Shown: piece by piece, positions 28,542 through 38,970 of the stretch
Numbering within the stretch: the stretch's first letter is position 1
Layout: the number at the start of each line of letters is the position of its first letter
Virus record (IMG/VR): IMGVR_UViG_3300025669_002088
Coordinates: 62,001 to 125,741 of that record
Length of the DNA: 63,741 nt
Origin: an uncultured virus (IMG/VR IMGVR_UViG_3300025669_002088)
Lineage: Duplodnaviria; Heunggongvirae; Uroviricota; Caudoviricetes
Reading direction: 5' to 3' (one strand)
Program-made: the position numbers and the translations under genes
The notes under the pieces: generated by a model
Seen by the model: the letters and a program-made list of their open reading frames with translations, nothing else
Databases searched by the model: none
What the model was told of the DNA's origin: nothing

Positions 28542-29233
28542 TTCTTCCCCCCTAACTGGATGCGTGCCCCTGGCTTGACCAAGTTGTCTACCACGGGACT
28601 CGCTGTCCAGGGATCCCCCTGCGGGATGTGCGGCGACGCTGGGGGAGGTCCCTCATCTATCATCAACCCACCGGAGGGGGCCTCAGTGTTCCCCGTTGGG
28701 GGATGAGGCGACGGAGCTTCCTTCTTTGACGGTGCCGGGGGTTCCGGCTCGGGGACTGGTTCCGGGACAGGCGTGCCCCCCATCAACGCTTCAGTGTCCT
28801 CAGGGAATTCGGTGGGGACGGGAGTCTGTTCAGGCGGGTCCAGGTTCATCTCCTGACCCCGACTCCGGGCCAGCACCTGGGCAGCGGCATCTACCGCTGA
28901 GGTGGTAGTCAGAGTGGCGGTCTCGGTGTTTCCATCCCTGATTGGGATTTCCGGTACAGACCAATCCCCCTTCTGTTCCGCCGCTGCAATTGCTTCGGCG
29001 TACTCGGACATATCAGGAAAGTCTGCCAGTGCAGCATAGTCCCGAGCATCAACCCTGAGGGGGTTGAGCATCCGGTCCACCTGGACTGCAACCCTGGCCC
29101 CGAACCTGTCCACCCCCCACTTTGCCAATCGGCACCCTGGGTTTCGGCAATGAGCACAGAATATCTCCTGAAAACTCTTAGCGTCAAGGCCCCGATCCTC
29201 TGCCATGCACCCCTGTAACAAGTCCTGCATCAT
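28538..29233 (-). CDS. Hypothetical protein: Cys-rich N-terminus, Pro-rich tail
   Basis: CAHCRNPGC; ATGA coupling. Confidence 0.65.
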   Translation of the reverse strand: MMQDLLQGCMAEDRGLDAKSFQEIFCAHCRNPGCRLAKWGVDRFGARVAVQVDRMLNPLRVDARDYAALADFPDMSEYAEAIAAAEQKGDWSVPEIPIRDGNTETATLTTTSAVDAAAQVLARSRGQEMNLDPPEQTPVPTEFPEDTEALMGGTPVPEPVPEPEPPAPSKKEAPSPHPPTGNTEAPSGGLMIDEGPPPASPHIPQGDPWTASPVVDNLVKPGARIQLGGKK

Positions 29234-29607
29234 CTCCCTCCGCCTGGAGGGGTAATCATCTCCAGGAATTTACGATGCCGGGCGGAACTTTCCAAAGAAG
29301 GCAGATCCAAAGTGGGGGTGACGATTTTTCCGTCTAGGCTAACAAGCGAAGGAAGTTGTTTATGGAACATGGCTTTACGGACATGGGGGCATTTGAGACA
29401 CTTGTCTGGGTCCATTGTGATGAGGCCACAAATCTTCTCCCAGATCTGGAAACGTTGATACTCGGCGTCATCGATGATGCCTTCGGAACGTAGCTCGTCG
29501 GAGGACTTCTTTCGGCCCGCTGCCAAAGGCGGAAAACTCCGCCAATGAGCACAGGCTAATTGTACCTTTTTCCCATCCAACTCGGCACGTAATATTCTCA
29601 TCGGCAC
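29230..29607 (-). CDS. Hypothetical protein
   Basis: CLKCPH; coupled. Confidence 0.6.
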   Translation of the reverse strand: MPMRILRAELDGKKVQLACAHWRSFPPLAAGRKKSSDELRSEGIIDDAEYQRFQIWEKICGLITMDPDKCLKCPHVRKAMFHKQLPSLVSLDGKIVTPTLDLPSLESSARHRKFLEMITPPGGGR

Positions 29608-29633
29608 ACCCCCGAGAACACCCTACCCACCAT

Positions 29634-32600
29634 CTACCGGAAAACGTACTGGATCAGGGTTTCTAATTGTACAGGGCTCACCCGGATCGTCGTGAGGTTC
29701 AATCCCTCCAACCAACCTTCTACCTCTATACCCTCAACTGTCCTGAGGCGCAATGGACTTGATCCTTTTCCGTGACACTCGGCAATGATCTCTGCAAGCT
29801 GACCCGCCAGTTTGTACGTCATCGGACCAGGAAGCTGAAAGAAGTAGTCCTCCCCAGGAACCGCTGTGGGGGCGAGAGACGTCACTGGGACGACACTGGG
29901 CACCTCGGGGGCCTCTCCCTTCGGGAACGCCACAGAAAGCGACGTAGACACCCCAGCGGCTGGTGCGCCCTGGGCCTCCTTGAACCAGGGGGCCAACTCC
30001 TCAGGCCAAGACGGGAGATCATCCCAAACAACACCTTCCGGGAGATCCTTCTTTTTGCCATACTTTTTGCCTTCGTGGAACCGCACCTCCCCATACCTCA
30101 TCGCATTGAGGTCCCAGGGAACTGTCCAGTCAGTACCGATCTCGACATCGGTGGTGAACGGTACAGGCCAGTTCTTGACCAAAATGTAATCGTTGGCCAC
30201 CATTAAATCGACCAGGACAGGAACAGCCTCTTCCAGCACGTCAGCATCTACCTCAAAGACAAGCTCATCATGCATAGTGATGTTCATGGCCACCTTGTCC
30301 AACCAACCCCGACGCTTACATTCCTTGTAAATCAGAGCCATCGCAGTTTTGGTGACGTCAGCGGAACTGTTGTGAACGATGATATTGTTGCAAACGAAGG
30401 CATGGTCTTCATCAAAGATCTCAACATCGTACATTGGGACGGTTCGTTCCGACTGTTCCGTAAGAACTGCTTTTTCATAGTCATACTGCAACAACCGCCG
30501 CAACTCCTCCGGTTGTTCCTCTATCGGAAGTTGATTGAAATAAACAAGACACTGTTCTTTACTTGCTGCTCCTGCGACCATTCTTAGCACCGCAGACTTT
30601 TTAGCTCTAGGCAAAGGAGCGTAAACACTAGAGGTTTTGACTAGTCTCCCGATCTTTTTCACCAGGAAAGGCGGAAGACAATGTCGCTGGTTATGGTAGT
30701 AACCCACACGCATATCGTCGAGCCTTTTCCGTTTGTAGTCTAAAGACGATCCGACCAAATCCCGAAAACGTGTTCTGTCAAGCACACGTACCCACATTCC
30801 CCGTCGTCGCAGGGACGCCCGGATACCTAACGAATGGAGTAATTTTTGGGTGTCTGAAAGAAGTTCAAAATTGGCACTACGAAAAGCAGGCGCTGCATCC
30901 GCTTTTTTGGGGGTTCGAGGTGACACTGTGCCGTCAGTATCAAAATAACCTCGCAAAAAAGCCGCCCTGTTTTCAGATGTTTCGCTCCACAAAGCAACAG
31001 GAAATCTTTTTGTGTGTGTTGTTTGATCTAACACACCGAGCACGTCACGACAAAACGTCCTGAAATCTTTGTTCAGTACTTTAACCTGCCACATGTCCTG
31101 TCTGTTGTCGTCTTCTCGTCGTCGTTGCTTCCTTGTTATTGCTTCCACCTGCAAATGGGTGTTGAGTTTCAGCATCCATTCTGAAGACCGCTGCCCCGCT
31201 GGGATTTTTGAAAGGTTGGACTCACCAATGTGCAAGATGAAGGCGTTCTGTTGGATTGAACCGTCCCCGTAGATAGCACCCAAAAACTCCCATAGTACGG
31301 CGGAATTACCAGCAAACAGAAAACGTTTGGCATTGTGCGACGTCATTCCTTTCGAAAACAGGTGTCCTCGTTGAGGATCTCTTGCTCTATCCCATTGGTA
31401 ATGGGGAACATCCGTCGTTGTTACAGATGTTGCATTGGTAACTACCCAAGTTTCGGAACACAGTTCTTTCTGTGCCACCCACCCCAGCCCCTGTTCCGTC
31501 AGTACTCGAAACTGATGATCTGGACTAGTGTGTAACGTATTGCCATTGCTTAGTTCCGTACAACAATCGAGCTTTTCCCCTGAAGCCAGCACACGCCCAG
31601 CCACCCATTTTACACCAGTCCAAAACAGAAGACCTGGAAATTGCCTCTGGAACAACGTCTGGATGTCTAGCAACCCTATACTACTAGCTACCCTTTCATC
31701 AAATCGAATACAACCTTGAATGGGTCCGTTCACACTATTCCTCTCTGCCTTGGACCGGAAACCCCCGTCTTCGTTGTAGATGTCCGGTACAGGATACTTC
31801 CGACCGAAGGCTGTCCGCACGTAACCGTATGTTTTGGCGTATTTATGCTGACTGTTCCACCACCGCTTCAGGCCGTAGTAGGTGTTGTCGAACTGGTTCT
31901 TAATCCGCTGACCCTCGTTCCGATCCACTCCCGTAGCCCGACACACAGCGCTCCCTCCGCCACCGTAGGACAATGCAAAGTTGGTTGCTTTCGAATGACC
32001 ACGAAGGTTCTTCCAATCGGGCCTGCTCGTAGCGTCAGCCCCATAAATGGAGAGTCCTGTCAGGGTGTGCAAGTCCCCTATCTTGTCACTACCACAGTTC
32101 GGGCACCGTGCAGGAGGAGGTACGGGGGTTATAGTGGCTATTATGTCAGCACCTGTGCGAGGTGTTCGTTCGAAGGTTCGGTCACAGGAAGAACAATGGA
32201 AAAACTCAGCCAACCATTTAGGCTCACCCGAAATATTGGTAGCCAACCGTAATTCCACGCCAGCATAATCTATTGCCACTAGGAAACGGGGTGGTGCATC
32301 CTTGGGCACAGTCCTGACACCGAAACATTCCCGCAATCTGTTCATGCACTCCGGGCGGTCAGGATCGTAACGGTTCGGCATTGACTGGACGTTCAACTCT
32401 GGCCAACCGATCATCCGACCTTTGCGCCTGTCGCCTGCGGACTCCTTCGCAGGGGTGCTGAAGCGGCCCGTATCCACTTTGTGCCCGTTGAAGTTGATCC
32501 GCATGGAGTCATCTTCAGGGTCACTCGCCAGCAACATCGACTCCAGGTAGGTAGACAGCGCCTTGGCCACCTCCCGGAAGCGTTTGATCTTCGCCATGAA

Positions 32601-33989
32601 CGGGAACTTCTGGCCCGCTTCCTCAATGATCCTGTTCAACTCGTCCTTGGACGTTTTGACCTGACCGGACTTCTCCGTGAACTTGAGGCCCGGCACCTCC
32701 ATCTCATTGAACATCGTCCCAAGCTGCTTCTGGGAGTTCACGTCGTAGACTGCAGGCCAGGACTCCTCCCCCTTCAACACGGGGGGCATGCCAGGATTGC
32801 GCTTCGTGAGGCTGTCCGCCTTCTCAAGCTGCGTTCGCAGGAGGTTGTCAGGGTCATTGGCCACAAAGTTCCGCTGGACCTCCTTGTAGAGATCAGGCAT
32901 CACGTCCCGGCCCAAGATCTTGGACGCCTCCGTGTAGACCTCTACGATGGAGTCGAACCATTCCTGCTGGCCCAACGAAACCAACTCTTGGACCTTGTCT
33001 CGGTTGATGTGGATGAGATTGCGCTCCATCCAACGAGTGGCTGCTACGCAGACCTTCTCGATCTTGTAGATCGCCGCCTGGCTGATCCCATCCGTGTCCT
33101 TTTCCTTGGCAGAGGGCATCAGGACCGGGTCGAGCAGCCAGGTGCAGATGGCGTCGCTGCATCCGTACCACAGGGCAGGCCCCTCGGTCGGGTCAAGGAC
33201 CGAGAAGTCATAGTTGAAACCTCGCTGCTCCTTCTTGTGCCCCCACAACTCGTAGAGGTCGATCATCTCCATGCCCAGACCCGGACCACCCACGGTGTTC
33301 TCCGGGGGAGAATCCACGGGAGCTTCGGACAATGCCTTAAGACCCCGGCGTCTGGCTCGGGTGTTCCGCATGTAGGCGGCGATGAGGGTGTCGTCCCACA
33401 TTGCGGGGCGGTCCCATTCACCCCAGGGGATTCCTGTCTCATTGAACTGGAGGAACTCCTGGTCAAATTTACCGTTGTGGAAGTCTGCGACGGTGAGACC
33501 ATCCTCGGTCGCTTTGATGAGCCGCCGGAATTCCCGGTCGAAGATGCCTATCGGGATGTTGCAGGCTCGGTCTTCCCTGAGTCCGTCCTCCCCCACCTTC
33601 ACATGATGAATCGGAATGTAATACCCTGTGACACCATCGGCGCTCAGACAAACGCCAGCAATGTGGTCAACGGTGCAGTAGTGCCCGCTGGCCGTCTTCT
33701 TGAGCCGATTGTCCAAACCCGTGGTCTCAAGATCAAGGGCATACCGCCCTGATTCGATGCACTCGTCCATGATCTGAGTGATGTTGTCCACGGTCCCGAG
33801 GACGAACTTCTTTTCGTCCATCCAGGGTTTCCAGAGCCGCTGCGGGTTCAACTCGTCGTTGTCCGCAAAAAAGTTGAAGACGTCAATGGCCTCCGGGTCC
33901 TCCGTCACGGGTTCTTCGGTCTTTGGGGTGACCTTGGGGGATTCCTCTCCGGGAATGAGCATTACCAGACCGTCGTTGTCTTTATCCAT
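29634..33989 (-). CDS. polA: Family A DNA polymerase with 3'-5' exonuclease and one intein
   Basis: ALDLETTGL, HNGKFD, TGRFS, IDYAGVELRL, KATNFALSYG, NGPIQG|SSAD, MHDELV. Confidence 0.93.
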   Translation of the reverse strand: MDKDNDGLVMLIPGEESPKVTPKTEEPVTEDPEAIDVFNFFADNDELNPQRLWKPWMDEKKFVLGTVDNITQIMDECIESGRYALDLETTGLDNRLKKTASGHYCTVDHIAGVCLSADGVTGYYIPIHHVKVGEDGLREDRACNIPIGIFDREFRRLIKATEDGLTVADFHNGKFDQEFLQFNETGIPWGEWDRPAMWDDTLIAAYMRNTRARRRGLKALSEAPVDSPPENTVGGPGLGMEMIDLYELWGHKKEQRGFNYDFSVLDPTEGPALWYGCSDAICTWLLDPVLMPSAKEKDTDGISQAAIYKIEKVCVAATRWMERNLIHINRDKVQELVSLGQQEWFDSIVEVYTEASKILGRDVMPDLYKEVQRNFVANDPDNLLRTQLEKADSLTKRNPGMPPVLKGEESWPAVYDVNSQKQLGTMFNEMEVPGLKFTEKSGQVKTSKDELNRIIEEAGQKFPFMAKIKRFREVAKALSTYLESMLLASDPEDDSMRINFNGHKVDTGRFSTPAKESAGDRRKGRMIGWPELNVQSMPNRYDPDRPECMNRLRECFGVRTVPKDAPPRFLVAIDYAGVELRLATNISGEPKWLAEFFHCSSCDRTFERTPRTGADIIATITPVPPPARCPNCGSDKIGDLHTLTGLSIYGADATSRPDWKNLRGHSKATNFALSYGGGGSAVCRATGVDRNEGQRIKNQFDNTYYGLKRWWNSQHKYAKTYGYVRTAFGRKYPVPDIYNEDGGFRSKAERNSVNGPIQGCIRFDERVASSIGLLDIQTLFQRQFPGLLFWTGVKWVAGRVLASGEKLDCCTELSNGNTLHTSPDHQFRVLTEQGLGWVAQKELCSETWVVTNATSVTTTDVPHYQWDRARDPQRGHLFSKGMTSHNAKRFLFAGNSAVLWEFLGAIYGDGSIQQNAFILHIGESNLSKIPAGQRSSEWMLKLNTHLQVEAITRKQRRREDDNRQDMWQVKVLNKDFRTFCRDVLGVLDQTTHTKRFPVALWSETSENRAAFLRGYFDTDGTVSPRTPKKADAAPAFRSANFELLSDTQKLLHSLGIRASLRRRGMWVRVLDRTRFRDLVGSSLDYKRKRLDDMRVGYYHNQRHCLPPFLVKKIGRLVKTSSVYAPLPRAKKSAVLRMVAGAASKEQCLVYFNQLPIEEQPEELRRLLQYDYEKAVLTEQSERTVPMYDVEIFDEDHAFVCNNIIVHNSSADVTKTAMALIYKECKRRGWLDKVAMNITMHDELVFEVDADVLEEAVPVLVDLMVANDYILVKNWPVPFTTDVEIGTDWTVPWDLNAMRYGEVRFHEGKKYGKKKDLPEGVVWDDLPSWPEELAPWFKEAQGAPAAGVSTSLSVAFPKGEAPEVPSVVPVTSLAPTAVPGEDYFFQLPGPMTYKLAGQLAEIIAECHGKGSSPLRLRTVEGIEVEGWLEGLNLTTIRVSPVQLETLIQYVFR
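30369..31712 (-). mobile_element. LAGLIDADG intein in the DNA polymerase (448 aa)
   Basis: PIQG|CIRF...IIVHN|S; FLGAIYGDG and FLRGYFDTDG. Confidence 0.92.
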
Positions 33990-34012
33990 CTTTCCTCCAC
34001 CCTTGTCCTACT

Positions 34013-34456
34013 CTACAGCGTGAACTCTCCGCCCTTCACAACAACCACATGAAATCCGTCCCTCCAGGCGAGGACAACGTGGGTTGCCAACGCCAGGGCG
34101 TCCGAGGACACCTGAGGAGGAACGTAACAGTCCGGGAGATCCTTGCAGGGGTGGCAGTTTTCTGGCTTGTACGAGATGCACCCATTCGACATGTCACAGG
34201 TGCGCCATCCCTCGGGGATACGGCGCAACCTGACTGCCGGAGGGGTACCCAGCGAACGAACCAACGGCACGACGTGTCCGTGCAGGGCATTGGAGAAATC
34301 CTCGCCGGACACGGTTTGGATCCCACCCCCCCACGGCGTGTCCCGCAGCGGTGCCGCTCGGCCCCACAGCGGTTCATCTGGGGTAGGGAGGATCCTGGAA
34401 ACTGGCACCTCACCCCACTCAGCGGTTTGCAGCTTGAACTCCAGGAAGATCCTCAT
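34013..34456 (-). CDS. Cys-rich hypothetical protein
   Basis: ATGA-coupled start MRIFLE; several Cys. Confidence 0.55.
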   Translation of the reverse strand: MRIFLEFKLQTAEWGEVPVSRILPTPDEPLWGRAAPLRDTPWGGGIQTVSGEDFSNALHGHVVPLVRSLGTPPAVRLRRIPEGWRTCDMSNGCISYKPENCHPCKDLPDCYVPPQVSSDALALATHVVLAWRDGFHVVVVKGGEFTL

Positions 34457-35052
34457 CCTTCGCCCCCCTGAATAGCCCCATCCAACCGCTCTTGGAAAAC
34501 CGTCAGAACCTGACGGCCCATCTGTTCCGGCATCAACTCGTTCTCTACCTTGTAAGCCACCTGATCTACGGCCTCCCAAAACGTAAGCGTTCTGTCCATC
34601 CCCAACAACCGTTCTTCAGTGATCCAACCTAACGTGGACCGGATCGTTTTCAGGTCATCTGCCAACGTCCTGGTAGGATCCACGGAAGCTTTAACAGTCC
34701 CCCGTAGCGTTTCCGAAGGGGGAAGGGGGCGATCATCGTCCCAGGGAAGCGACGGGAGATTGTAGTCTGCCTCCAGTTTGCGGATGGCTTCATGGAAGGT
34801 GATTCCCTCCTTAGCCTGTATTGTATCAATAGCGTCTCTTGCCTTAGAGCAGCCAAAACAGTACCAAGAAGATGACTCAGGATACACCCGAGCCGAAGGT
34901 TTGTTGTCGTGCCCATCACCGTGCAAGTCACACGGGAACTGCTGCTCCCGATAGCCCCCTCCCATATGTACTGGATACCCCAGATCCGACAACACCTGAG
35001 TGATGTCAATCTCTTTATGAATCCGGTCGATGCGTTCTCTCAACGTCGCCAT
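34453..35052 (-). CDS. Stand-alone CHC2 zinc-finger (primase ZBD-like) protein
   Basis: CDLH...PSA...WYCFGC...DAID...FHEAIRKL. Confidence 0.8.
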   Translation of the reverse strand: MATLRERIDRIHKEIDITQVLSDLGYPVHMGGGYREQQFPCDLHGDGHDNKPSARVYPESSSWYCFGCSKARDAIDTIQAKEGITFHEAIRKLEADYNLPSLPWDDDRPLPPSETLRGTVKASVDPTRTLADDLKTIRSTLGWITEERLLGMDRTLTFWEAVDQVAYKVENELMPEQMGRQVLTVFQERLDGAIQGGEG

Positions 35053-35072
35053 GTGTTATCCTACTCCATCAC

Positions 35073-35100
35073 GGGATCATCCGCCCTCTAGTTAGAGTAG
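35073..35100 (+). promoter_or_regulatory. Bipartite promoter-like motif, copy 5
   Basis: GGGATCATC-N13-GAGTAG upstream of the PARP-like gene. Confidence 0.8.
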
Positions 35101-35120
35101 AAAAGGTGTAGGAGAGGTGC

Positions 35121-36080
35121 ATGGGCAAACGAAAGAACAGGAGCAGCGGGAAGAGCCGACCCCAGAGCAAAAGGATCGATCCTCGTACTGTCCCGCCGGA
35201 CCCACCACCGCCCAAACCCATCCCACTGGGGAAGATCCGGGTCTTGGCCGAGTTCAAAGAGAAGGGCAAACCTCTGGCCATCGGGAAGGCACGACGGAGT
35301 CTGGCTCCTCGGTACCGGGGCTACATTTGTTCCGCAGCCTGGGTGGTCAAGAACACCGAGGAACAGGAGGCCCTCTTTGCGGAGGTGACACAGGAAGTCG
35401 GGAACGTCCGATCCCTTTACCACGGGACCACCTCGCGCAACATCGGGGACATCACCCGAAAGGGCTTGCAGACGGGCCGAGGCGGTTGCCTGTTCGGTTC
35501 CGGCATCTACATGGGATCCCCCACCAAGGCCTTCGGATACACGGGCTGGGGCTGGCGATACCGTGGCGGAGATGCCTGCTATATCCTCCAGGTGGATGCG
35601 GCCCTGGGAAAAGTGCTGGAGTGCCCGTCCCCGACAAAGTACACCCTGGACAAGGTACAAGCCGAAGGGTTCCACTCGGTAGCCGGGGTGGCGGGCCATA
35701 CCTCAAGCTGGGGTGGGAAGCTCAAACACGATGAGAATGTCGTCTACTCACCCGATCAGGTGATCGTGCGGTACATCTTCGAGTACCAAAGGACCGAAGA
35801 ATATGCTCCTCCGAAACCGCATAAGGGCAAATGCGGGGTGGTGCGAAAAAAGGACGTCGCCACGAACAAAAGGAACAGGGCCTTCGCAGATATCATCAGC
35901 GCCCAAGCCTGTGGGAATGTCGCTTCGATTAAGGTGTGGCTGGATGATGGAACAACCCGGTGGATCTGCAACACCTGTCTCAGGGAACTCCGGTTGAAAA
36001 TCGGGACTAAAGTTCTGGTGGAACCAGGGACGTTGGACAAGGGTCGCCACGTCAAACGGATCATCAGGAAGGTTTCCTAG
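35121..36080 (+). CDS. PARP-like (H-Y-E) ADP-ribosyltransferase with a C-terminal Cys domain
   Basis: LYHGT, GCLFGSGIY, KAFGY, ALGK, DENVVY..DQV. Confidence 0.8.
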   Translation: MGKRKNRSSGKSRPQSKRIDPRTVPPDPPPPKPIPLGKIRVLAEFKEKGKPLAIGKARRSLAPRYRGYICSAAWVVKNTEEQEALFAEVTQEVGNVRSLYHGTTSRNIGDITRKGLQTGRGGCLFGSGIYMGSPTKAFGYTGWGWRYRGGDACYILQVDAALGKVLECPSPTKYTLDKVQAEGFHSVAGVAGHTSSWGGKLKHDENVVYSPDQVIVRYIFEYQRTEEYAPPKPHKGKCGVVRKKDVATNKRNRAFADIISAQACGNVASIKVWLDDGTTRWICNTCLRELRLKIGTKVLVEPGTLDKGRHVKRIIRKVS

Positions 36081-36628
36081 AGTTTCACCAGCGACCCATC
36101 ACACAATACGTTCAGCCAGTCATAACGGGCATCCAGGGGATGCTCGCTGTAGGGCTTCCCACACGTTTGACAGACGACATCCCCAGCGGCGTGGCTGTAC
36201 TCCGGCGGGTCTTCAATACCCTGGACCTGGAAGAAGAAGTCGGAACTGCCACCTTGTGTGACGGTCTCCTTGGCGGGACACCCCTCCACACAATCCCAGA
36301 TCTCCACATAACCTGCACTATCCACGATGGTGCCCTGTTCTACAACGTCAAGGGTAGACATCGGACGACGCCCCTTCAGTTTGCACTGTGGGGTGTGCTC
36401 CAACACAAGGTTGGCGGGCCAACGTCCAACGACGGGACGAGCAGCACCCTCCTTCATTCCGACCCCCTTGTCGTTCCAGTTCTTGAGGCCACCCCCACGT
36501 CCACCCCAGCCCGCTTCGTCTGAACCGATCCGACAACCGTCGATGTTCAGACCTCCTGTGCCATGTGCCAGAACGTTCTTGGCCACGGACCCGATGAGGG
36601 GCTTTCTTGCAACATGGATAACGATCAT
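36077..36628 (-). CDS. Split MTase middle (TRD-region) module M6 plus a small zinc-finger domain
   Basis: VARKPL..GTGGLNIDGCR..GRWPANL; ends with CQTCGK..H..C. Confidence 0.8.
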   Translation of the reverse strand: MIVIHVARKPLIGSVAKNVLAHGTGGLNIDGCRIGSDEAGWGGRGGGLKNWNDKGVGMKEGAARPVVGRWPANLVLEHTPQCKLKGRRPMSTLDVVEQGTIVDSAGYVEIWDCVEGCPAKETVTQGGSSDFFFQVQGIEDPPEYSHAAGDVVCQTCGKPYSEHPLDARYDWLNVLCDGSLVKL

Positions 36629-37224
36629 GATCGACCTCCGATCCTTTTGAAGTATCTCGATGCTCCCCCGGTATCCACATAACCGCCAGGGACTCTCTTG
36701 AAGCGCCAGTCCTCTCGGGAGGGATCAAGATGCTCCCCTGCCCCCTCTTCTACTCTAACCTGGCTCGTGGAAACACCACTCTGTCCATCCAGGGCCTGAA
36801 CGGGGCAACCCGGAGCACAATGCCACGTCTCCACCGGCTCCTTCCCATCCGCATCCGTGTGGTTCACCTTCTCGTAACCAGGAGGTTTGTGGTTGAACTG
36901 GATGTGACCATCCGCTTGTTCCTTGACCGTGTGCCCCTTGAAACCATCCACCATCACCGTCCCCAACCGAACGCAGTCAGGGTGATGCTGGAGGATCAGG
37001 TTAGCAGGCCAACGTCCCGCAGAGGATGTCGCCCCACTCCCCGTGGAGCCTCCAGTGATCCGCCAGTTCTCTCGATCTTCCCGGTCCTTGTACTCCCGCT
37101 CCTTCCCCACCTCAGTGGTTCGGAGGCGACAGGCACCAATGTTCAGACCACCCGTTCCGTATCCCATCACAGTTTGGGCCACAGTGCCCTCCAAGGGCTT
37201 CCTGGCAACGGTGATCACGATCAT
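36625..37224 (-). CDS. Split MTase middle module M5
   Basis: VARKPL, GTGGLNI, GRWPANL, GGASRYFK. Confidence 0.85.
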   Translation of the reverse strand: MIVITVARKPLEGTVAQTVMGYGTGGLNIGACRLRTTEVGKEREYKDREDRENWRITGGSTGSGATSSAGRWPANLILQHHPDCVRLGTVMVDGFKGHTVKEQADGHIQFNHKPPGYEKVNHTDADGKEPVETWHCAPGCPVQALDGQSGVSTSQVRVEEGAGEHLDPSREDWRFKRVPGGYVDTGGASRYFKRIGGRS

Positions 37225-37877
37225 CGCTTCACCTGTTTGAAGAACCTGGATGCCCCACCGACGTCACCATACCCTGGGGACTGTCCAGCGAAGCAGTAGC
37301 AGGCACCCGTGCCCCCTGAGATCTTGTCCCGATCCGCCCCACGATCTACAGGAGGAGACTTGTGAACACCGCTCTGGGCATCCAACATCAAAACGGGGCA
37401 CCCTAGATCACAATGCCAGTCAGGAACCGTCTCCATGCCCTCTGCGTCGGAATACCCATAGATTCCGGGAGCGTCTCTTTTCAATCCTACTGCCCCCACC
37501 TTCGTTGGGAGAGATCCGGCGACCGTATTGACGAGAGAAGCATTGTTGGTCCCCTTTACCCTCTTTTGGCCCCGGCAAGTACAATCCACTGAATGTTGGA
37601 TGATCAGGTTGGCGGGCCACCGACCCAGTGAACGAGTCCGCTCGATGCTCTCCCGCTGGGCTTGTTTAAACCTCTCATCATTGGACCGACTCCAGAAGGT
37701 CAGGTCTCGGTCTCCTCCCGTCCGGTTGTCCACAGAGGAGATCAACGGGGTCACGAATGACTCGCCCTCGGTAGAGATGCGGCAACCGTCAATGTTCAGT
37801 GCGCCCGTTCCATGCTCCTGCACAGTTTGGGCTACAGTACCACTCAGAGGTTTACGGGCTACGGTGATGATAATCAT
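37221..37877 (-). CDS. Split MTase middle module M4
   Basis: VARKPL, GTGALNID, GRWPANL, GGASRFFKQV. Confidence 0.85.
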   Translation of the reverse strand: MIIITVARKPLSGTVAQTVQEHGTGALNIDGCRISTEGESFVTPLISSVDNRTGGDRDLTFWSRSNDERFKQAQRESIERTRSLGRWPANLIIQHSVDCTCRGQKRVKGTNNASLVNTVAGSLPTKVGAVGLKRDAPGIYGYSDAEGMETVPDWHCDLGCPVLMLDAQSGVHKSPPVDRGADRDKISGGTGACYCFAGQSPGYGDVGGASRFFKQVKR

Positions 37878-38164
37878 CGGTGTTTGTACTCCATCTGACC
37901 TTCTTGCCAGTAGACTCCCGCCCGGATTAGCTCCACCAAGGCGTTGAGTTCCTTTCCGTCCAACCCGATGCTGGCCTTCTTCAAAATGTCAACCATGTCC
38001 GGTCGTCCGAGTCGTCCTAACTCGGCGTAGATGTCGTCTAGTGGGGCAAAGGTTGGGAGCGATTTGATCTGCTGGTCCCATTCCGCAGCCGTCTCGTGGA
38101 CGAGTTCTGAACCTCGGGACGTATAGGAAACGACCCACTCCATGTCACTAAGATCTGGCATCAT
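37874..38164 (-). CDS. Hypothetical protein inside the MTase array
   Basis: ATGA-coupled at both ends. Confidence 0.6.
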   Translation of the reverse strand: MMPDLSDMEWVVSYTSRGSELVHETAAEWDQQIKSLPTFAPLDDIYAELGRLGRPDMVDILKKASIGLDGKELNALVELIRAGVYWQEGQMEYKHR

Positions 38165-38970
38165 GGCCTCCTTGCAACCAGGAAGGGCTCCCAGGCGGGT
38201 TTTAGGGCTGTACCCCTACCCACCCATCGGATGGCGTCAGAAGTCACAGGGACGCCACCCTCTTTGTCATAGTACCCCTGCTCCCGAGCGAGCCTCATCC
38301 AGGGTCGATCCCCACCCTCTATGTCCTCGCCCCCGGCGATACTCTTCGGGTTCCGACCGGCACCACTACCCACGATCCGAACCATCGCTCGTGTCGCTCC
38401 GTGGTGTTTGTCCAAGGCCCGTGAGACGTCGTGGGACTTCGGGAAGCCGGATCCATAAACCCACGCTTCGATCCGCAGCATCTCGAATCCCACGGCAACC
38501 ATCGCTGCGGCCAACCGATGGAACGTCCGAGACCCACTGAAGATCTTAGCGATCCCGCCGGGATGAAGGATTCTGTAGACCTCCTGAAGCCACTCCTCGT
38601 GCCACGCTTGCATTGCGGCGACGTGCTCTAGCGTCCGGTTCTCCCACTCGGGCGTGGGACACACGCAGGGGTTCCCGCTGAACTTGTAGTGTCCGCACTT
38701 GGTGCAGTGATCATTCCGCTTCGGGATGTAGGAGGGTAGCTCACCCATCCTGGCCCCGAAGTCACCGCCGACGCCGGACCCGTCCCCGATGAGTTTCCGT
38801 TCCGTGCCTTTCCAGCGCTGCTGATTGCGGCGGGGTTCGAGCTTGTCCCACTCCCGACCCATGAACTCCAAGCCATAGGGGGGGTCACTGACGAGCGTCC
38901 CGATGGAACAATCAGGAAGAGCCCTCATCCTCTCTACACAGTCCCCGAGTTGAAGTTGCACTAGAGACAT
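38161..38970 (-). CDS. Split MTase catalytic (DPPY) module N6
   Basis: LGDC, SDPPYGLEFMG, YGSGFPKS, GTALKPAWEP; no FxGxG. Confidence 0.88.
   Translation of the reverse strand: MSLVQLQLGDCVERMRALPDCSIGTLVSDPPYGLEFMGREWDKLEPRRNQQRWKGTERKLIGDGSGVGGDFGARMGELPSYIPKRNDHCTKCGHYKFSGNPCVCPTPEWENRTLEHVAAMQAWHEEWLQEVYRILHPGGIAKIFSGSRTFHRLAAAMVAVGFEMLRIEAWVYGSGFPKSHDVSRALDKHHGATRAMVRIVGSGAGRNPKSIAGGEDIEGGDRPWMRLAREQGYYDKEGGVPVTSDAIRWVGRGTALKPAWEPFLVARRP

Noticed and set aside
32481..33752. Long antisense ORFs (32481-33752, 21975-22922, 59379-60257, 61741-62475 and others)
   Set aside because: Shadows of GC3-biased or low-complexity genes on the opposite strand, with no recognisable motifs.
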